10,315 bases of DNA from Candidatus Eiseniibacteriota bacterium (GTDB lineage Bacteria; Eisenbacteria; RBG-16-71-46; SZUA-252): the NCBI GenBank assembly GCA_031370645.1, contig JANMQV010000093.1, positions 1-10,315 of the forward strand. The letters are read 5' to 3'. How positions within the stretch are numbered: the first letter of the stretch is position 1; each line of letters opens with the position of its first letter. A model generated the notes under the pieces. It ran no database searches. It was not told the DNA's origin and saw only the letters and a list, made by a program, of their open reading frames with translations. Positions 6,700 through 10,315 of this stretch are shown in pieces. The position numbers and the translations under genes are program-made.

Positions 6700-8178
6700 C
6701 TAGTCGTCGGCCTCCTCGGGCTTGCCGAGCATCGTGGAGAACATATCGGTGTAGGCAAGCGCGGCCGTGTCGGTCCGCTCCTTCGCCAAGATCGAACTCT
6801 GGTGGAGCGCTTCGAGCACGAACTCCATGGCGGTCGGAACCTCCGCCGTGTCCTTCACCGGCAGATAGCGCTTCGACAGCTCCTCGAGCCCGGCCACTTG
6901 CGAGAGATGCTTGTGGAACTCGCGCGTCGGGAGATCGTCCGAAATCTCGACCTTCTTCCCCTGGGCGAACCAGCGGAGGATGGGATCGTATTCGGAGGCG
7001 GCCCCTTCCTTTTCCTTCGTCTTGTAGGCGTCGGGGAAGTACTTCACGAAGAGTTCCTTCACGGCCTTTCCGACCAGGTGCTTCGCCACGGCCACGGAGC
7101 CTTCTTGCTCGCCCTCGTAGACGAGTTCCACTTTGCCGGTGATCGAAGCGATTCCGTTCTGGAAGTCGCAGATGCGGATCGCGACACGCCGCTCGCCATG
7201 GCGGACGGCCCGCCGCTCCGCGTTCGAGATGACGTTCTCCAAGAGCGAGATCGTCATGCGGACGCTCACACCGCTCGATTGATCGACGTACGACGACTTC
7301 CGCGCCTGCACCGCCACCACTTCCACGAGTTCGCGAATGTAGGGAGGCACGATGACTTCCAGGCCGCCTGGGCGCTTCACCCACGCTTCCTGCTCGGTCA
7401 CCTTGATGGCGTCTTCGACGGTGTAGGGGTAGTGGGTCATGATCTGAGACGCGATCCGGTCGCGAAGCGGCGTGATGATGTTGCCGCGGTTCGTGTAGTC
7501 CTCCGGATTCGCGGAGAAGACGATCTGGATGTCGAGCGGGAGGCGGATCGGGAACCCGCGGACCTGAATGTCCTTCTCTTCGAGGATGTTCAGGAGCCCG
7601 ACCTGGATTCGCGGCTGAAGGTCGGGGAGTTCGTTGATGGCGAAGATCCCGCGATTGGTGCGCGGGATGATGCCGTAGTGCATGACGTCGGGATCGCTGT
7701 AGGAGAGCCGCATGTTCGCCGCCTTGATCGGGTCGATGTCGCCGATCAGGTCGGCGATCGTCACGTCGGGCGTCGCCAGTTTCTCGCGGTAGCGCTCGCT
7801 CCGGTGGATCCACCGCACCGGCACCTCGTCGCCCGCCTCCTCCACCCGCCGCTTACAGGAAGGGCAAATCGGTTTCAGCGGATCGTCGTTCAACTCGCAC
7901 CCCTCGATCGCGGGAATCCACTCGTCGAGGAATCGGGAGAGCGCGCGAAGAAGCCGCGTCTTCGCCTGGCCGCGAAGTCCTAGGAGGATGAAGTCGTGGC
8001 CACTCAGGATGGCGTTCTCGATCTGGGGGATGACGGTTCGGTCGTAGCCGACGATCCCGGGGAAGAGGGTCTCCCCCTTCTCCATCGCGGTGATGAGGTT
8101 GGCCCTCATCTCCTCTTTCACGGTGTGCGGTTGATAGCCCGTAACTCTAAGTTGCTGAATCGTTTGTGGGCGGTCCAT
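6700..8178 (-). CDS. AAA+ ATPase, magnesium-chelatase subunit I-like (Rv0958-type), 492 aa
   Basis: Walker A variant GLRGQAKT, Walker B variant IFAINELPDL, ADLIGDIDPIKA, FSANPEDY and PLRDRI; adjacent to a VWA gene. ATG 8178 has a GGAG Shine-Dalgarno and is preferred over TTG 8253. Confidence 0.88.
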   Translation of the reverse strand: MDRPQTIQQLRVTGYQPHTVKEEMRANLITAMEKGETLFPGIVGYDRTVIPQIENAILSGHDFILLGLRGQAKTRLLRALSRFLDEWIPAIEGCELNDDPLKPICPSCKRRVEEAGDEVPVRWIHRSERYREKLATPDVTIADLIGDIDPIKAANMRLSYSDPDVMHYGIIPRTNRGIFAINELPDLQPRIQVGLLNILEEKDIQVRGFPIRLPLDIQIVFSANPEDYTNRGNIITPLRDRIASQIMTHYPYTVEDAIKVTEQEAWVKRPGGLEVIVPPYIRELVEVVAVQARKSSYVDQSSGVSVRMTISLLENVISNAERRAVRHGERRVAIRICDFQNGIASITGKVELVYEGEQEGSVAVAKHLVGKAVKELFVKYFPDAYKTKEKEGAASEYDPILRWFAQGKKVEISDDLPTREFHKHLSQVAGLEELSKRYLPVKDTAEVPTAMEFVLEALHQSSILAKERTDTAALAYTDMFSTMLGKPEEADD

Positions 8179-8223
8179 GCGTCTCCGGTGGGTCGGGGTG
8201 GCCGTCTCGGTTCGAGCAGCGCC

Positions 8224-8253
8224 AGCGTACCCCTTTGATGCCTCGTGGGACAA
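8224..8253 (-). promoter_or_regulatory. Putative promoter of the ATPase-VWA operon
   Basis: Minus strand TTGTCC (8253-8248), 18-nt spacer, TACGCT (8229-8224), about 45 nt upstream of ATG 8178. Confidence 0.45.
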
Positions 8254-8272
8254 GGCCGGAGGGGCATCGGCA

Positions 8273-8338
8273 AAATGGGCATCAGACGAAACAAATGTTG
8301 ACTTAGAAAGGACAAATGCCGAATAATATTAGGAAATG
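8273..8338 (+). promoter_or_regulatory. AT-rich lrp promoter/operator region with phased AAATG repeats
   Basis: TTGACT at 8298-8303; overlapping AATAAT (8322-8327) and TAATAT (8324-8329); AAATG at 8273, 8293, 8314 and 8334. Confidence 0.6.
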
Positions 8339-8827
8339 GCGACGCTAGAACGAATCAAAGTGGAGTCGAGCAACGGTCTCGACGCGATCGACCGAAAAAT
8401 CCTGAGCCTCCTCCAAGATAACGCCAAGATGGCGCAGGCGGAGGTGGCGAAGGAAGTCGGGTTGACGGCGCCGTCGGTGAACGAGCGAATCCGAAAGCTG
8501 GAACGCGCCGGGTACATCCGCGCCTACGTCGCAATCCTCGACGAGCGGAAACTCGGCCACGACATCACGGCGTTCGTGGAGATCTTCGTCGAGCATCCGA
8601 AATTCGAGAAGGCCTTCATCGAGGCGGCCAGCGCGCTCGACGAAGTCCTCGAATGTCACCACATCACCGGGGAGTTCTCGCTGCTCCTGAAGGTGCGCGT
8701 GACCGACATGACGGCGTTTCGCCGGCTCTTGATCGAAAAACTGAACACGCTGCGCGGCGTGCGGCAGACGCGCACGGTGATGGTCCTTGCGACCGCGAAG
8801 GAGCAGCGCCGCCTGAAACTCGATTGA
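8336..8827 (+). CDS. Lrp/AsnC family transcriptional regulator (LrpA-like)
   Basis: N-terminal HTH LDAIDRKILSLLQDNAK...VAKEVGLTAPSVNERIRKLERAGYI and a C-terminal RAM domain (ECHHITGEFSLLLKV...GVRQTRT). Confidence 0.96.
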   Translation: MATLERIKVESSNGLDAIDRKILSLLQDNAKMAQAEVAKEVGLTAPSVNERIRKLERAGYIRAYVAILDERKLGHDITAFVEIFVEHPKFEKAFIEAASALDEVLECHHITGEFSLLLKVRVTDMTAFRRLLIEKLNTLRGVRQTRTVMVLATAKEQRRLKLD

Positions 8828-8894
8828 AACCGGGGCTCGCGCCCCTTCGATGCGAACCGCGACACCAAGCAACAACCATGAGAGGAGCACTCCG

Positions 8895-10250
8895 ATGAAT
8901 CCGACCAGCACCAGCTCCGGCGTCCACGTGACGCCCGACCAGGTCCACGCGACCCTGGCGAAGCACATGCTCGCCGACGGCTTCGACTTCGTTCTCGACC
9001 TCGACAAGAGCCAGGGCATTTGGCTCCACGACTCGAGGGGCCAGAAGAAGCTGATGGATTTCTTCTCCTTCTTCGCCTCGAATCCGCTCGGAATGAACCA
9101 CCCCGGAATGAAGACGCCCGAGTTCCAGGCGCGCATCCTCAAGACCGCGATCCACAACGTCACGAATAGCGACGTCTACACGACCGAGATGGCGGAGTTC
9201 GTCGAGACCTTCGCGCGCCACACGATGGAGCCGGTCTTCAAGCACGCCTTCTTCGTCGCGGGCGGCACGCTCGGTGTCGAGAACGCGCTCAAGGCGGCGT
9301 TCGACTGGAAGGTGCGGAAGAACCTCGCTCGCGGATACCGCGAGGAGCGCGGCTCGAAGGTCCTTCACTTCGACCAGGCGTTCCACGGCCGCTCGGGCTA
9401 CACGCTAACGCTCACCAACACGACCGACCCGCGGAAGACGGCTTACTTCCCGAAGTTCGACTGGCCGCGCGTCTCGAACCCGAAGGCGGAATTCCCGCTC
9501 ACGCCGGAACGCACGGCGGATGTCGCGGCGCGCGAGAAGCTTACCGTCGCGCAGATCGAGCACGCCTTCGCCATGAACAAGGACGACATCGCCGCCATTA
9601 TCCTCGAGCCGATCCAGGGCGAGGGTGGGGACAACCACTTCCGCCCCGAGTTCTTCAAGGAGCTTCGCCGGATAGCCGACCAGCACGAGGCGATGCTCAT
9701 TTTCGACGAAGTGCAGGCGGGCTTCGGACTCACGGGCAAATTCTGGTCGCACGAGCACTACGGCGTGCGTCCCGACATGGTCGCCTTCGGCAAGAAGGCT
9801 CAGGTCTGCGGCTTCATCGCAACCGACCGGATCGAGGACGTGAAGGATAACGTTTTCCACGTCTCGAGCCGCATCAACTCGACGTGGGGCGGTAATCTGG
9901 TCGACATGGCGCGCTGCCAGCGCTACTTGGAAATCATGGCCGAGGAGAATCTCGTCGCGAACGCGGCGGCGCGCGGTGCGGAGCTACTGGCCGGCCTCGA
10001 GTCGCTCGCGAAGGAGTTCCCGGAGCACGTGATGAACGCTCGCGGCAAGGGCCTCATGTGCGCCTTCGATCTCCGCGACGGCAACCTGCGGGATGCGGTC
10101 ATCTCGAAGGCTTACGGGGAAGGCGTGGTGGTCCTCGGCTGCGGCCCGCAGTCGATCCGCTTCCGCCCCTCGCTCATCATCAGCAAGGCGGAGATCGCCG
10201 ACGGCCTCGAGAAGTTCCGCACCAGCATCAAGAAGGCGCTCGGGAAGTAG
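8895..10250 (+). CDS. lat: L-lysine epsilon(6)-aminotransferase, class III PLP-dependent, 451 aa
   Basis: Motifs HMLADGFDFVLDL, DFFSFFASNPLGMNHP, NSDVYT, VENALKAAFDWK, AFHGRSGYT, EPIQGEGGD, FDEVQ, FGKK (PLP lysine), RINSTWGG and SIRFRP, all LAT-typical. ATG 8895 has GAGGAG at 8882-8887. Confidence 0.93.
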   Translation: MNPTSTSSGVHVTPDQVHATLAKHMLADGFDFVLDLDKSQGIWLHDSRGQKKLMDFFSFFASNPLGMNHPGMKTPEFQARILKTAIHNVTNSDVYTTEMAEFVETFARHTMEPVFKHAFFVAGGTLGVENALKAAFDWKVRKNLARGYREERGSKVLHFDQAFHGRSGYTLTLTNTTDPRKTAYFPKFDWPRVSNPKAEFPLTPERTADVAAREKLTVAQIEHAFAMNKDDIAAIILEPIQGEGGDNHFRPEFFKELRRIADQHEAMLIFDEVQAGFGLTGKFWSHEHYGVRPDMVAFGKKAQVCGFIATDRIEDVKDNVFHVSSRINSTWGGNLVDMARCQRYLEIMAEENLVANAAARGAELLAGLESLAKEFPEHVMNARGKGLMCAFDLRDGNLRDAVISKAYGEGVVVLGCGPQSIRFRPSLIISKAEIADGLEKFRTSIKKALGK

Positions 10251-10280
10251 CAAGCCGGCGTCGATTCGGCAGCGAAGGGG

Positions 10281-10312
10281 AGGGGGTGCCCACGGGCGCC
10301 CCCTTTTCGTTT
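10281..10312 (+). terminator. Rho-independent terminator after lat
   Basis: Stem AGGGGGTGCC (10281-10290) pairs with GGCGCCCCCT (10295-10304) with one G-U pair, closed by a CACG tetraloop and followed by TTTCGTTT; about 30 nt after the lat stop. Confidence 0.85.
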
Positions 10313-10315
10313 GTG

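Noticed and set aside
5739..7983. Plus-strand ORFs 5739..7142 and 6802..7983, and minus alternative-frame ORFs 5980..6642 and 6614..7813
   Set aside because: Shadow frames of the VWA and ATPase genes.
6700..8178. True Mg-chelatase or sigma-54 activator
   Set aside because: No GAFTGA motif or HTH, and no chelatase H subunit or photosynthesis genes in the window.
8895..10250. lat as a marker of a cephamycin/beta-lactam cluster
   Set aside because: No pcbAB, pcbC or cef genes in the window, and a terminator directly follows lat.
8345..10253. Minus-strand ORFs 8345..9163, 8664..9386, 9405..9860 and 9984..10253
   Set aside because: Antisense to lrp and lat, which have strong family motifs.

Overview
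GC-rich bacterial chromosomal window, mostly housekeeping and metabolic. No mobile element, CRISPR array, rRNA or tRNA is visible. Minus strand, in transcription order: (i) a ChlI-like (Rv0958-type) AAA+ ATPase followed by a VWA/MIDAS protein; (ii) a tightly coupled hpnC-hpnD-hpnE squalene module that runs directly into mutY rather than a squalene-hopene cyclase; (iii) the 5' end of a secreted protein, probably a subtilase propeptide, that runs off the left edge and is missing from the ORF track. Plus strand: an orphan gene predicted by eye to be an 8-stranded beta-barrel with an unusual C-terminal hydrophobic helix, divergent from hpnC, and an Lrp/AsnC regulator plus L-lysine epsilon-aminotransferase (lat) ending in an intrinsic terminator. 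The most interesting unexplained signals are the barrel-plus-helix orphan, the hpnCDE-mutY coupling, four AAATG repeats spaced 20-21 bp apart over a probably leaderless lrp promoter, and a possible H-type pseudoknot in the hpnC/orphan intergenic region. I cannot establish a novel system from sequence alone; these are hypotheses. All homology calls are from motif recognition, not database searches.
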